From positions 1 through 64,000 of the forward strand of contig DATMBG010000050.1 in NCBI GenBank assembly GCA_035559535.1: DNA of 64,000 nucleotides. The letters run 5' to 3'. Source of the DNA: Candidatus Limnocylindrales bacterium (lineage in GTDB: Bacteria; Moduliflexota; Moduliflexia; Moduliflexales; JAUQPW01). Shown here piece after piece: positions 9,971 to 19,347 of this stretch (positions within the stretch are counted from its first letter, which is position 1; each line of letters opens with the position of its first letter). Made by a program: the position numbers and the translations under genes. The notes under the pieces were generated by a model, which saw only the letters and a program-made list of their open reading frames with translations, searched no databases and had not been told where the DNA came from.

Positions 9971-10429
9971 TTAAGTTTGATCTCTCTTAATGATAAAGGA
10001 TCCTATGAGTTCGGCGAGGTAACCCAGGATCGGTCCGATAATTACAGCCATTATACTATGCCACCATGGATCTCCCCTAAGAACTGTTCCAAAATGAATA
10101 GCCGCTCCACACAGGGCAGCCGTAATGAGAGACAGAAACCATAGAGCCGTTTGAGCGTAGATAATAAGAGTTGTTACCCCTACAGCCACAGGAAGATTAT
10201 ACCGACCCAACCCCAGTTCTGTAAAAATCCACATGGTCAAGAAGATCCAAAGAATGCCGGATAGCAGGGTTACAAGAACTTTCCAAAGCCCGTCCAGTTT
10301 TCCGGCTGTTGCGAAAAAACACCCCGTAGCGATCATTACCTGCCATATCGGATAGGCGTGACGTATGGCGATGAAAGTCCAAATACCCAACAAGAGTCCC
10401 AGGATAATGCCAGATATGATCCGTGACAT
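9971..10429 (-). CDS. Small integral membrane protein, DUF1097/YcdZ-like
   Basis: Highly hydrophobic; GIW...W...GCFFA..GKLDGL...TLLSGILW resembles YcdZ/DUF1097. Confidence 0.65.
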   Translation of the reverse strand: MSRIISGIILGLLLGIWTFIAIRHAYPIWQVMIATGCFFATAGKLDGLWKVLVTLLSGILWIFLTMWIFTELGLGRYNLPVAVGVTTLIIYAQTALWFLSLITAALCGAAIHFGTVLRGDPWWHSIMAVIIGPILGYLAELIGSFIIKRDQT

Positions 10430-10497
10430 GGGAGTAGAGTAAACAGCGAGGATAGAAAATAGAGAACTCCAGACCGGACTCTTCAGTCCTCCATCTT

Positions 10498-11784
10498 CTA
10501 TGCTCGGTTTTGTAGTTTTGACCGGACCTTTTCAATGATTCGTTCCAGAACTTCTCGATCGGAAGGATAGGGGGAATCGACGACTTTTTTGACGGGAATA
10601 GGGATATGATCCATCCGATATGCCAATCCTGGGGCACTAATTCCAGCCTGAGCAGTAGGGATAACCACGGTAGCTATTTTAGTGGTCATACTTTCTTTAG
10701 CATCTATGGCAATGGTTGGGATACGCGATAAATGTTCGGCAGCGGCTCTAGGAAAGTTGGCGAAGGCATCCGCAGCAATGATGAGGGCAGCGTCGGCTTC
10801 TCTTCGAGCCAGAAGATCGACGGAACTGAACTCTCCAGGATTATATTGGGGAAACCCTCTACTGAGGTTTACCGCAAAGGGATAGCCCGTCTGCCAGGTT
10901 AAAACGGTGGCAATTCCTACTACATTTCCATGACCTCTCATGGGAGAGGCTACTACCTTGGTAAATCGGTTAAGATCTCTGGCCAGGAGTAAGAGAGCCA
11001 TAACGTTCATATGTTTCCCCCGGCTCATGGTAAGGCCCATCCCCCAGTGAATTGAACCGAATTTGCAGGTCTTAAGCTTCTCAAGGAGAGATTTTAAGAT
11101 CGGGATCGGTACCCCTCCTACCTCTTCCACCTCCAGTTCTTCCCCTTTCAAAAGAGCCCGCATTGCCGTTAGAACCTCGTAGTCCGATCCGGGTCGGATC
11201 TGGATAAACTGATCCGCTGCCTTGGCACTGGGGGTTTTTCGTACGTCTACCAGAATGACCTGCCGGTCCTTTTTCCCTTTCGGCACGAAATACCCTTTAG
11301 GGGTTACCGAATATCGCGTAAAATGTCGCGGGTGTGCTTCAGCCGGATTACATCCCCAAAAAACCAGCAAATCTGCCCGGTTTTTTATCTCACCTAAGGT
11401 ACACGTAGAGTCTCCCACAATCTGAATAGCCTGAAGGGAAGGACTATGGCATACCGATGAAGTGGTATCGATGCTCGCACCGATCAGATCTGCTAGCTCA
11501 ATAGCTTTTCGCTGGGCATTACACTCCGTAGAAGCCAGACCGTAAATAAGGGGAAAATGGGATTGGGAGAGAATTTCCGCAGATGCTTCAATACACGCTT
11601 CTATAGAAGCTTCCTTACCTTTAATACGTGGGGTTGCTACATCTACTTTATGATTCATAAAAGTCGCCTTACCTAAGATACAGGCATTCTTTACTTCCTT
11701 AATCGTATCTCCTTCTACGAAGACTTCCAGGTCATCGCAGGTAACCCCACAAAATAAACACGTTACATCACTTATTTTCTCCAT
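10498..11784 (-). CDS. fwdB: Formylmethanofuran dehydrogenase subunit B (Mo/W-bis-PGD catalytic subunit)
   Basis: N-terminal CLFCGVTCDD...C Fe-S motif, SSVCHSPS metal-ligand Cys-His, CTLGEIKNRADL, WGCNPAEAHPRH, PMRGHGNV, AYRMD. Confidence 0.93.
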   Translation of the reverse strand: MEKISDVTCLFCGVTCDDLEVFVEGDTIKEVKNACILGKATFMNHKVDVATPRIKGKEASIEACIEASAEILSQSHFPLIYGLASTECNAQRKAIELADLIGASIDTTSSVCHSPSLQAIQIVGDSTCTLGEIKNRADLLVFWGCNPAEAHPRHFTRYSVTPKGYFVPKGKKDRQVILVDVRKTPSAKAADQFIQIRPGSDYEVLTAMRALLKGEELEVEEVGGVPIPILKSLLEKLKTCKFGSIHWGMGLTMSRGKHMNVMALLLLARDLNRFTKVVASPMRGHGNVVGIATVLTWQTGYPFAVNLSRGFPQYNPGEFSSVDLLARREADAALIIAADAFANFPRAAAEHLSRIPTIAIDAKESMTTKIATVVIPTAQAGISAPGLAYRMDHIPIPVKKVVDSPYPSDREVLERIIEKVRSKLQNRA

Positions 11785-12115
11785 ATTTTTCTATCTCGAC
11801 CTCCATACCTTTAGAATCCGGCATGCCAATACTTTGGGTATCGGTTCCTATAAGGGAACTGACCGGTAAACCGTAAGCTAAAAAAATAAGCCCCTCCGGA
11901 ATATCGGATTTTTTACATTTTAAAATAGCCCTTCCATACTCAGACTTCACAAGGATAAGATCTCCATCCTGAAGGTTTTTTCGCTTCATATCCGCCTCAT
12001 TCATCTCTACTGTGGAGGTCTCTTCAACAAATTCCGGAGATTCTTTACCCACATGGATCGTAGTACCCTGCTTGGTAGTACGCCCTGTAATGAGTATAAA
12101 TTTTGACTGAGACAT
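11768..12115 (-). CDS. fwdD: Formylmethanofuran dehydrogenase subunit D (molybdopterin dinucleotide-binding)
   Basis: LITGRTTKQG...VKSEYG...GLIFLAYG...TQSIGMPDSKG. Start placed at ATG 12115 after a G-rich RBS; overlaps the fwdB start. Confidence 0.88.
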   Translation of the reverse strand: MSQSKFILITGRTTKQGTTIHVGKESPEFVEETSTVEMNEADMKRKNLQDGDLILVKSEYGRAILKCKKSDIPEGLIFLAYGLPVSSLIGTDTQSIGMPDSKGMEVEIEKYGENK

Positions 12116-12143
12116 CCCTTTTAACCCCCCTATCGATGTTTTC

Positions 12144-12172
12144 AACTTACTTTTAATATTTCGATCTGTCAA
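12144..12172 (-). promoter_or_regulatory. Putative sigma70 promoter of the fwd operon
   Basis: Minus strand TTGACA-17nt-TAAGTT, about 30 nt upstream of fwdD. Confidence 0.55.
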
Positions 12173-12342
12173 GTGGCAACTTACCAGGCAAATAACCAAA
12201 AAATTGGGGTTGACATTCTCTTCCGAATTTCACATCTTAGGAATAACTGAGTTTTCAAGGATTTCAAGAAAAATTTAGGTTGTAGGTTGTAGGAACTCCA
12301 TTCCTTTACGACCTATCCCTGAATATTTATTCCTTTAAAGCA

Positions 12343-13797
12343 ATGAAGATACTCTTTACCGCTTCAGAAGTTGTACCTTTTGCAAAAACAGGAGGGCTTG
12401 CAGATGTAGCCGGGGCTCTTCCTAAGGCTTTAGCCCGACGGGGTTGTGAAGTCGCCGTGATGTTGCCTAAATATCGCCAGGTGGATGTGGGCCGATTTCA
12501 GCTCGAGAAAATGGAGGGGAATATATCGATTCCCATGGCTTCTAGAATGGTCCAGGGAGGTCTCTGGAGGACCGAATTGGAAGAGGGCGTAACCGTTTAT
12601 TTTATTCAGCAGGATCATTATTTTGATCGGGATGGTTTATATGTAGACTCTAACAATCAGGATTATCCAGACAATGCAGAACGATTCGGTTTTTTTTCCA
12701 GAGCCGTTTTGGAAGCGTGCAAGATCTCAGGTTTTAAGCCGGATATCGCCCATGCCCACGATTGGCAAACGGCTTTGATCCCGGTCTATCTCAAATCCCT
12801 TTATAAGCAGGATCCCTGGTTTGATAGGACCAAAACGGTTTTTACCATCCATAATTTGGGTTATCAGGGGATTTTCAATAAATACGAAATTGTAAAGCTT
12901 GGACTGGGTTGGGAGTTCTTTCACCATGAAAAACTCGAGTTTTACGGAGATTTAAACTTATTGAAAGGAGGAATTATCTACGCCGATATTCTTACCACCG
13001 TGAGTCGAAAATACGCAGAGGAGATTCAAACTCCGGAGTTTGGACACCGTCTGGACGGTCTTTTGAGAACTCGAAAAAAGGATTTATACGGGGTCCTTAA
13101 TGGAATCGATTACGAAGAATGGCATCCTTCCATCGATAAGTTTATTGCAGCCAATTATCATGTGGATGACCTGAGTGGGAAGGCTATTTGTAAAAGTGAT
13201 TTGCAAAGAGAATATAAACTTCCCGTGCGAAGTGAGGTTGCTCTGATCGGTATGATTACGCGACTGGCCGAACAAAAGGGGATTGACCTGGTTGCAGATG
13301 TTCTGGATAAAATCATGGAACTGGACATTCAATTGGTTCTTTTAGGTACCGGAGATAAATGGGCCCATGAATTTTTTCAGGCGGCCCAGGCTCGATATCC
13401 TCAAAAAATCGGCGTGGCCCTAAAGTATGATAACGTTCTGGCCCATAAAATCGAGGCAGGAGCCGATATGTTCCTGATGCCCTCCCGGTACGAACCCTGT
13501 GGGTTAAATCAGATGTATAGCCTGGCGTATGGAACGGTTCCTATCGTGCGGGCTACCGGAGGATTGGATGATACCGTTGAAAATTTCAATCCTACCACAG
13601 GTCAGGGGACAGGCTTTAAATTTCTCCGACCTACTCCTGAAGAGCTTCTCAATGCTATTTACCCGGCGATCTTAAACTTTTATACCAATAAGACCGGCTG
13701 GATCAAGCTTATGCGAAATGGAATGTTGAAGAATTTCTCATGGGATGTATCGGCCGGAGAGTATATCAAGCTCTACGAACGGGCGCTTGAGAGATAG
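12343..13797 (+). CDS. glgA: Glycogen synthase
   Basis: PFAKTGGLADV, HAHDWQT, TIHNLGYQG, PSRYEPCGLNQ. Confidence 0.96.
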   Translation: MKILFTASEVVPFAKTGGLADVAGALPKALARRGCEVAVMLPKYRQVDVGRFQLEKMEGNISIPMASRMVQGGLWRTELEEGVTVYFIQQDHYFDRDGLYVDSNNQDYPDNAERFGFFSRAVLEACKISGFKPDIAHAHDWQTALIPVYLKSLYKQDPWFDRTKTVFTIHNLGYQGIFNKYEIVKLGLGWEFFHHEKLEFYGDLNLLKGGIIYADILTTVSRKYAEEIQTPEFGHRLDGLLRTRKKDLYGVLNGIDYEEWHPSIDKFIAANYHVDDLSGKAICKSDLQREYKLPVRSEVALIGMITRLAEQKGIDLVADVLDKIMELDIQLVLLGTGDKWAHEFFQAAQARYPQKIGVALKYDNVLAHKIEAGADMFLMPSRYEPCGLNQMYSLAYGTVPIVRATGGLDDTVENFNPTTGQGTGFKFLRPTPEELLNAIYPAILNFYTNKTGWIKLMRNGMLKNFSWDVSAGEYIKLYERALER

Positions 13798-13897
13798 AAG
13801 GTATGGGGGTGTGGGAGTGTGGAAGTATGGAAGTGTGGGAGTGTGGAAGTGTGGAAGACATTTATACCCCCACACTCCCACACCCCCATACCTTCTA
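13795..13897. repeat. Inverted 8-bp tandem repeat array forming a long hairpin between convergent genes
   Basis: Seven GTRTGGRR units from 13801; tagaaggtatgggggtgtgggagtgtgg (13795-13822) is the exact reverse complement of 13870-13897. Confidence 0.9.
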
Positions 13898-13901
13898 GCT
13901 G

Positions 13902-16052
13902 TTACTTTATCCAGCGGTTCAGGTAAACCCCCCAGATGGGAAACTTTCCCTCTACTCCCTTGAAACTTGCGTCCCCGGCCTTTTTGAAAAGGATCTCCTC
14001 CCCGATCGCCTTATCCTCATATAGGTAATTTATAGTGGTTTGGGAAGGAATTTCTTTTAAAGGACTTGTTTCTCGAATAAACTGAAAGGTAGTATCACTG
14101 AGGGCAATGCCATTGTTATTAAGAACCCCTTTTACCACGCTAACCTCGAATTCCTTCTGAGGGGCCTGGGACTTTTCTTCTTTTAATTTTTCTTCTTGAA
14201 TGTTGTCTAAGATTTGTAAAAGCTGTTCTTCAAAAATGGCCAGGGTTGTAGAATCCCGTCGACTCGACTGGGCACGATTCATTAAATATTCATTGAGGGT
14301 AAATATGGATTGAATATCCCACTTTTGTTTTCTACGTTCCGTCTTACCCGATGAAAGTCTACTGGTCAGGTTGGCCGTAAAACCGATGACCGTTGTGCTT
14401 TTATCGATGGGATTCAAGAAAAAGTAAGCATCTTCAATGGGACCACTGTGGATTCCAATCCCCATACCCTGGAATATCATATTTCCTTCATCTTTGAGGG
14501 CTTTAAAGACCTTTTGAATCTCAACAGCGGCCCGGACTGCATTAAGCCCATGATAATCTTTCCAGGGACCAGAACTAAAAGCTGCCAGAATACCGTCTCC
14601 TGCATAGTATTTAATACTTCCATGGAAATGGTCGATGATATCCATGGTTGGATCAAAGAATCTATACAGGTTCTGCTTTAGCGCCTCTGAGGTAATATCT
14701 CCCGAAACCTCGGTATAACCTCGCAGGTCTAGGAACAGGAGTGTGACATTTCTTAAATCACTGATAATTTTTTGTCCGGGATTAAAATTGTAGGTAATCT
14801 TTTCTGTAGTCTCCGATTTCTCGGATACGCCTACCCGACGAAGTCTTGGAGTTCCAAAACTTTTACCGGATAGAACGATGGATATACGATCCCTAAAGAA
14901 GGCAATGATTTCGGATTTTCTCAGGTCGTCGGCCAGACTGATATAATCGTATAAAATCATTTCCCAGACATCTTCTCCAAACAAATCTATGAGTCGTTTC
15001 AGACGCCTTCGGAAGAATCTTTTTCGAGTTTCTGCGGGGGGATCGTAGGGCATCTCTTTGATCTCGTCGGACAGGTAGGATATGACCACCGGCTCAAACA
15101 GAATAACGTCCAGGGGGATTTCACTCACCGCATGGATAGGAACCCGCAAAAAGGTCGAGATAGCCCTCAGGAGAGTTCGATCATTCTCTCGAATCCCCTG
15201 TTCAATCCGGGTTTTAAACATTGTATAAACTTTGTTAAAATCGGTATAATTGGTGTGATATCGTTCGTTTTCTTCCACCAATAAGTGTTGAAGTAACGTG
15301 TTTGTGGAAGTATTCTTTAGATCCGGGAAAATCATGTGGGCCTGGGCCTGGATAATGGCCATAGAGAATTGATAATTGAAGCTGGCGCCTAATTTTAACT
15401 TTTTAGTTCCTGTAAAGTACGGCAGAGACTTACGTCTTTGTTCATCTTCCTTTTGAAAATGGGCATCTACCTGCTTGAGGGTTTCCAAAAGTACATCATT
15501 AAAAATATGATGAAGATGGATTTTGTAAGTATTCACTATTTTTTGGGCCTGGGAGGTAACAGGAAAGGAAAAACCATCGGATAGATCTTCTATTTTACTT
15601 ACCGCCAGAACTTCGTGAATGGCTCGCAGGATGGCTTTAGAAATGGTTAACCAAAAGAGATTATAGATACCCAATCGCCTTTCTTGCTCGAGGACTTCGA
15701 TCAAGATATTTTGAAGTTGGGTGATGCAGTTTTGGCGCTTCTGAATATAAGAGACTAAAACGGGATTGTTGGGATCGTAATTGGGTTTGTAACGTCCTTG
15801 AATCTGCTGGATACTCTGATTTACAAAGTCTTTTAGGGTAATACTGAGATTGGCCGGAATTTCTACCAGATAGCCTTCTGTATTTTTATCATCGATAATC
15901 TCTATTTTGGGGGGGAGGATCGGGAGTTGGGAGCCCGAGGAGTCCTTCTGAGAGCAAAAAAGATCCCGGATAGTCGAGAGGTTTCCCATAGAATATCGCA
16001 TGGGAAGTCGTTCTATATGAAACCTGGGATCAAAACGAACAAATTTATTCAT
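13902..16052 (-). CDS. Class III adenylate/guanylate cyclase domain protein with an unrecognised N-terminal region
   Basis: LFLDLRGYT, YAGDGIL, GIGIHSG, TVIGFTANLTSRL, C-terminal FKGVEG. Confidence 0.8.
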   Translation of the reverse strand: MNKFVRFDPRFHIERLPMRYSMGNLSTIRDLFCSQKDSSGSQLPILPPKIEIIDDKNTEGYLVEIPANLSITLKDFVNQSIQQIQGRYKPNYDPNNPVLVSYIQKRQNCITQLQNILIEVLEQERRLGIYNLFWLTISKAILRAIHEVLAVSKIEDLSDGFSFPVTSQAQKIVNTYKIHLHHIFNDVLLETLKQVDAHFQKEDEQRRKSLPYFTGTKKLKLGASFNYQFSMAIIQAQAHMIFPDLKNTSTNTLLQHLLVEENERYHTNYTDFNKVYTMFKTRIEQGIRENDRTLLRAISTFLRVPIHAVSEIPLDVILFEPVVISYLSDEIKEMPYDPPAETRKRFFRRRLKRLIDLFGEDVWEMILYDYISLADDLRKSEIIAFFRDRISIVLSGKSFGTPRLRRVGVSEKSETTEKITYNFNPGQKIISDLRNVTLLFLDLRGYTEVSGDITSEALKQNLYRFFDPTMDIIDHFHGSIKYYAGDGILAAFSSGPWKDYHGLNAVRAAVEIQKVFKALKDEGNMIFQGMGIGIHSGPIEDAYFFLNPIDKSTTVIGFTANLTSRLSSGKTERRKQKWDIQSIFTLNEYLMNRAQSSRRDSTTLAIFEEQLLQILDNIQEEKLKEEKSQAPQKEFEVSVVKGVLNNNGIALSDTTFQFIRETSPLKEIPSQTTINYLYEDKAIGEEILFKKAGDASFKGVEGKFPIWGVYLNRWIK

Positions 16053-16077
16053 AGCCTATGGGAAGGCTTTGCTTCAC

Positions 16078-16986
16078 TTAAGCCTGATAAATCATAGCCC
16101 TCAGAGATCTTTCATCCATTCGCCAATTTTTCTTTACCTTTACCCAGAGTTCTAAATATACCTGACTTCCCAATATGGCTTCCATCTCCTGACGGGCTAA
16201 CGTTCCTATTTGTTTCAGCAGGTGACCGCCTTTTCCGATCACGATAGCTTTTTGGGACTCTTTTTCTACATAGATGGTGGCCTGGATGGTGTATAAATTT
16301 CGTTCCTGGTTATAATCCATTTTCTCTACCACAACGGCAACAGAATAGGGAATTTCTTCTTGAGTTTTTTGGAGGATTTTCTCCCGAATGAGCTCTGCCA
16401 TGATCACCCGTTCGGGTTGATCTGTAATCATATCCTCCGGATAATATTTAGGTCCTTCTGGAAGGTAGGCGATTAAGCAATCGAGGAGGGTTTCAATATT
16501 TTCACCGGTTAGAGCAGACACAGGTACAATTTCCCGGAAAGGATAAAGATGGCGGTAGACCTCAATGACGGGTAGAATCCGGTTCTTCTGGATGGTATCG
16601 ATTTTATTGATTACTAAAATCACCGGAGTGGTTATTTTTTGCAGTTGAGCCAGGATGTATTGATCCCCAGCACCTACTTTTTCCTCGGGTTCCACAACAT
16701 ACAGGATGATATCTACACCTTCCAGGGATTTTCGGGCAATTTCCATCATCATTTCATTTAACTTAAATTGAGGCTTATGAAACCCAGGGGTATCTACAAA
16801 AATGAGTTGAGCCCGTTCGGTGGTATAGATCCCGACGATTCTATTTCGGGTCGTCTGGGGTTTATCAGAAATAATGGAAATCTTTTGCTTTACCAATTGA
16901 TTAAGTAGAGTCGATTTCCCGACATTAGTTCTTCCGATGATGGAAATAAATCCGGATTTAAAAGATTTTCCTGTTTCCTCTAACAT
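16078..16986 (-). CDS. era: GTPase Era
   Basis: GRTNVGKSTL, KPQTTR, DTPG, NKID, C-terminal KH domain VIGKGG. Confidence 0.97.
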   Translation of the reverse strand: MLEETGKSFKSGFISIIGRTNVGKSTLLNQLVKQKISIISDKPQTTRNRIVGIYTTERAQLIFVDTPGFHKPQFKLNEMMMEIARKSLEGVDIILYVVEPEEKVGAGDQYILAQLQKITTPVILVINKIDTIQKNRILPVIEVYRHLYPFREIVPVSALTGENIETLLDCLIAYLPEGPKYYPEDMITDQPERVIMAELIREKILQKTQEEIPYSVAVVVEKMDYNQERNLYTIQATIYVEKESQKAIVIGKGGHLLKQIGTLARQEMEAILGSQVYLELWVKVKKNWRMDERSLRAMIYQA

Positions 16987-16995
16987 TTCTTTTGG

Positions 16996-17283
16996 TTATG
17001 CCAGGGTATCTCGATCATCCAGTGAAGGTTGTACCCTTTGCTTTCTAGCTTCTTTAGCCACTTGATAAATATCACAAATCTTGGTGATGGTATCCATAAT
17101 TTCTTCTACCAAGTCCCAAAAGGCCTTGGCTCCCTGGGGGGTATTCAAGTTATATTGTGATTTGAATTCCTCCATTTTATGGGTAGCCAGAGAAAAGACG
17201 CTGTTAATTTCTGCAATAGCCTCTGTGGCCTTTAAATCTTTCGGCATCTGCCTGATGACTTCTTCAAAACTGGTTACGTGCAT
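16996..17283 (-). CDS. Hypothetical protein (95 aa)
   Basis: Fills the plsY-era gap co-directionally, GGAG RBS; no motif recognised. Confidence 0.7.
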   Translation of the reverse strand: MHVTSFEEVIRQMPKDLKATEAIAEINSVFSLATHKMEEFKSQYNLNTPQGAKAFWDLVEEIMDTITKICDIYQVAKEARKQRVQPSLDDRDTLA

Positions 17284-17293
17284 AATAACTCCG

Positions 17294-17890
17294 TTAAACT
17301 TTAACCTTTTGACCTATCTTGCTTTCGGTACCTTGCCACAGGCGTTTGATATTGTCGCGGTGGCGATAGACGATAAGAATAGCCACGAGTACTGAAAGAC
17401 CGATATAAGTATTTGGGCCGTTAAATTTATAGATTAAAAAAGGTAGGCAAAGGAAAGAAACCAGAGCCCCCAGTGAGGAGTATCGCCAGATGCTTACTAC
17501 CGTTAGCCAGATCCCGGCGCCTACCAGGGCGGCTAGCGGCCATATCCCCAAGAATACTCCAAAACTGGTAGCTACCCCCTTACCTCCTTTAAACTTAAGA
17601 AATACAGGCCAGTTATGGCCGATAATGGCTGCCAGCCCGGCCAGGGCTATCCATATTTCCGTTCCCCGAAACCCCTTCATGATAAGAACTGCCAGGGTTC
17701 CTTTTAGAATATCTCCTATGAGGGTTATGACAGCCGCTTTGGCCCCCAACGTGCGAAGTACGTTGGTCGTTCCGATATTGCCACTCCCGTACTTTCGAAT
17801 ATCTATCCCTCTTTGGGTAGCCGCAATCATTCCAAAAGGAATGGATCCGAGTAAATAGGCAATAATCACAATTAAAATGAACCCGCTCAT
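17294..17890 (-). CDS. plsY: Glycerol-3-phosphate acyltransferase
   Basis: YLLGSIP, GSGNIGTTNVLR, GHNWPVF..FKGGKGVAT, HRDNIKRL; start placed at ATG 17890. Confidence 0.95.
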   Translation of the reverse strand: MSGFILIVIIAYLLGSIPFGMIAATQRGIDIRKYGSGNIGTTNVLRTLGAKAAVITLIGDILKGTLAVLIMKGFRGTEIWIALAGLAAIIGHNWPVFLKFKGGKGVATSFGVFLGIWPLAALVGAGIWLTVVSIWRYSSLGALVSFLCLPFLIYKFNGPNTYIGLSVLVAILIVYRHRDNIKRLWQGTESKIGQKVKV

Positions 17891-18033
17891 TAGAAAGTAA
17901 GAAAAGATATTTCCCCTAAAATGAAACAAGCCTTTTCTACCTGTAAGATATCTGCGGGGAGTCACGAAGTCAATCAAAAAGTTGTATTAAAATACTTTGG
18001 AAGAGGTAAGTAGGAGAGTGGTTCTGGAACCCA

Positions 18034-18663
18034 TCAGGAATTTAATTCTTTACAGTATTCCTTGACCCCGCGGAAGCTTTTCCGATGGAGGGGGCAGGGT
18101 CCATATCTGGCAATGGCTTCAAGATGCTCCGGGGTTCCGTAACCTTTATGTTTTGAAAACTGATACTGGGGGTATTGTTCCGAATAGGCGATCATCATTC
18201 GATCTCGGGTAACCTTGGCAACAATAGAAGCCGCTGCGATGGAAAAGCTTATGTTATCTCCTTCTTTAATGGCAAACTGGGGAATGGAAAAATTCTCCAA
18301 AAAGAGGGCATCGATTAAAAGATGATCGGGACAAGGTTGAAGGGCCTGGACAGCTTTCTCCATGGCTTTGATGGTAGCCCGTAGAATATTAATCTCATCG
18401 ATAACACTCTCTTCGACGATTCCGATTCCGATTCCGAGGGCCTGTTTTTGAATAAGATCGAATAAGTATTCTCGCTTTTCAGGGGAGAGCTTTTTAGAAT
18501 CCTTAACCCCTTCGATAAAGGTATGGGGAGGGAAAATAATGGCACAGGCCACCACAGGGCCTGCCAGGCATCCCCGGCCAACTTCATCAATTCCGGCTAC
18601 GTATCTGGCCCCTTGGGCATAGGCCAATCGCTCGTAGTACAGCATGTCGTGTCCGTGGTCCAT
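18034..18663 (-). CDS. rnhB: Ribonuclease HII
   Basis: AGIDEVGRG.LAGPVV, DSKKL, SIAAASIVAKVTRD, KHKGYGT. Confidence 0.96.
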   Translation of the reverse strand: MDHGHDMLYYERLAYAQGARYVAGIDEVGRGCLAGPVVACAIIFPPHTFIEGVKDSKKLSPEKREYLFDLIQKQALGIGIGIVEESVIDEINILRATIKAMEKAVQALQPCPDHLLIDALFLENFSIPQFAIKEGDNISFSIAAASIVAKVTRDRMMIAYSEQYPQYQFSKHKGYGTPEHLEAIARYGPCPLHRKSFRGVKEYCKELNS

Positions 18664-18783
18664 GGCCCATCATCTACGGTGGGGGGTGTTATAAACTCCG
18701 GTTTTTCTCTTTCCTTGTTTCCACCCCAGGATACAACAGACCTCCCAGGCCAATTTCCATAAGCAGGATTAAAACTCGTTGTA

Positions 18784-19242
18784 TCAGGTATTGGCCCCGG
18801 TTTCAGATTGTTCGGTGTCCTGTGGAGCGAAAGGTTCTTGATCCGGTGTTGTTACCGTCTGCTCAGTGGTTAAAGCTTCCCGTTCGTTGATGCGCAAAGT
18901 GGTTCTTTGCTCTTTTATCCGGGCGGCCTTGCCTTTCTTCTTCCTTAGATAATAAAGCCTTGCCCGTCTTACTTTACCCGTACGTACCACTTCAATTTTT
19001 TCAATGTTGGGAGAATGCAGTGGAAAAATCCTTTCAATACCCACCCCAAAGGAAACTTTTCGGACTGTAAAAGTGGATCGATTTCGGGCTTTTGTCTTTC
19101 GGATGACAATCCCTTCAAAAACTTGTATCCGTTCCTTTCCTTTTTCCTTTACCTTTGCATACACTCTAACCGTATCCCCGGGACCAAAATCAGGGATATC
19201 TTTTCTGAGCTGCTCTTCTTCAATCATTCTGATGAAATCCAT
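18784..19242 (-). CDS. rplS: 50S ribosomal protein L19 with a C-terminal extension
   Basis: [29 protein letters not shown]. Confidence 0.97.
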   Translation of the reverse strand: MDFIRMIEEEQLRKDIPDFGPGDTVRVYAKVKEKGKERIQVFEGIVIRKTKARNRSTFTVRKVSFGVGIERIFPLHSPNIEKIEVVRTGKVRRARLYYLRKKKGKAARIKEQRTTLRINEREALTTEQTVTTPDQEPFAPQDTEQSETGANT

Positions 19243-19347
19243 CTTCTTTTTCAGAATCAGAATTCAGGAGTCAGAATCTGGAACCTACGGGTTCACTCTG
19301 CTGGCCCCTGGTTCTGAGCTTTAATTTAAAGGTCTTTTGTGGCCCTA

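Noticed and set aside
10498-11784. Selenocysteine in FwdB
   Set aside because: The ligand position is an ordinary Cys in an uninterrupted ORF.
5493-12115. Archaeal or methanogen origin of the window
   Set aside because: The flanking genes (rpsP, rplS, trmD, plsY, era, hrcA, ECF sigma) are bacterial, and no mcr or mtr genes are present.
13902-16052. Pycsar anti-phage cyclase
   Set aside because: There is no adjacent cyclic-nucleotide-binding effector, the context is housekeeping, and the protein is much larger with a different architecture.
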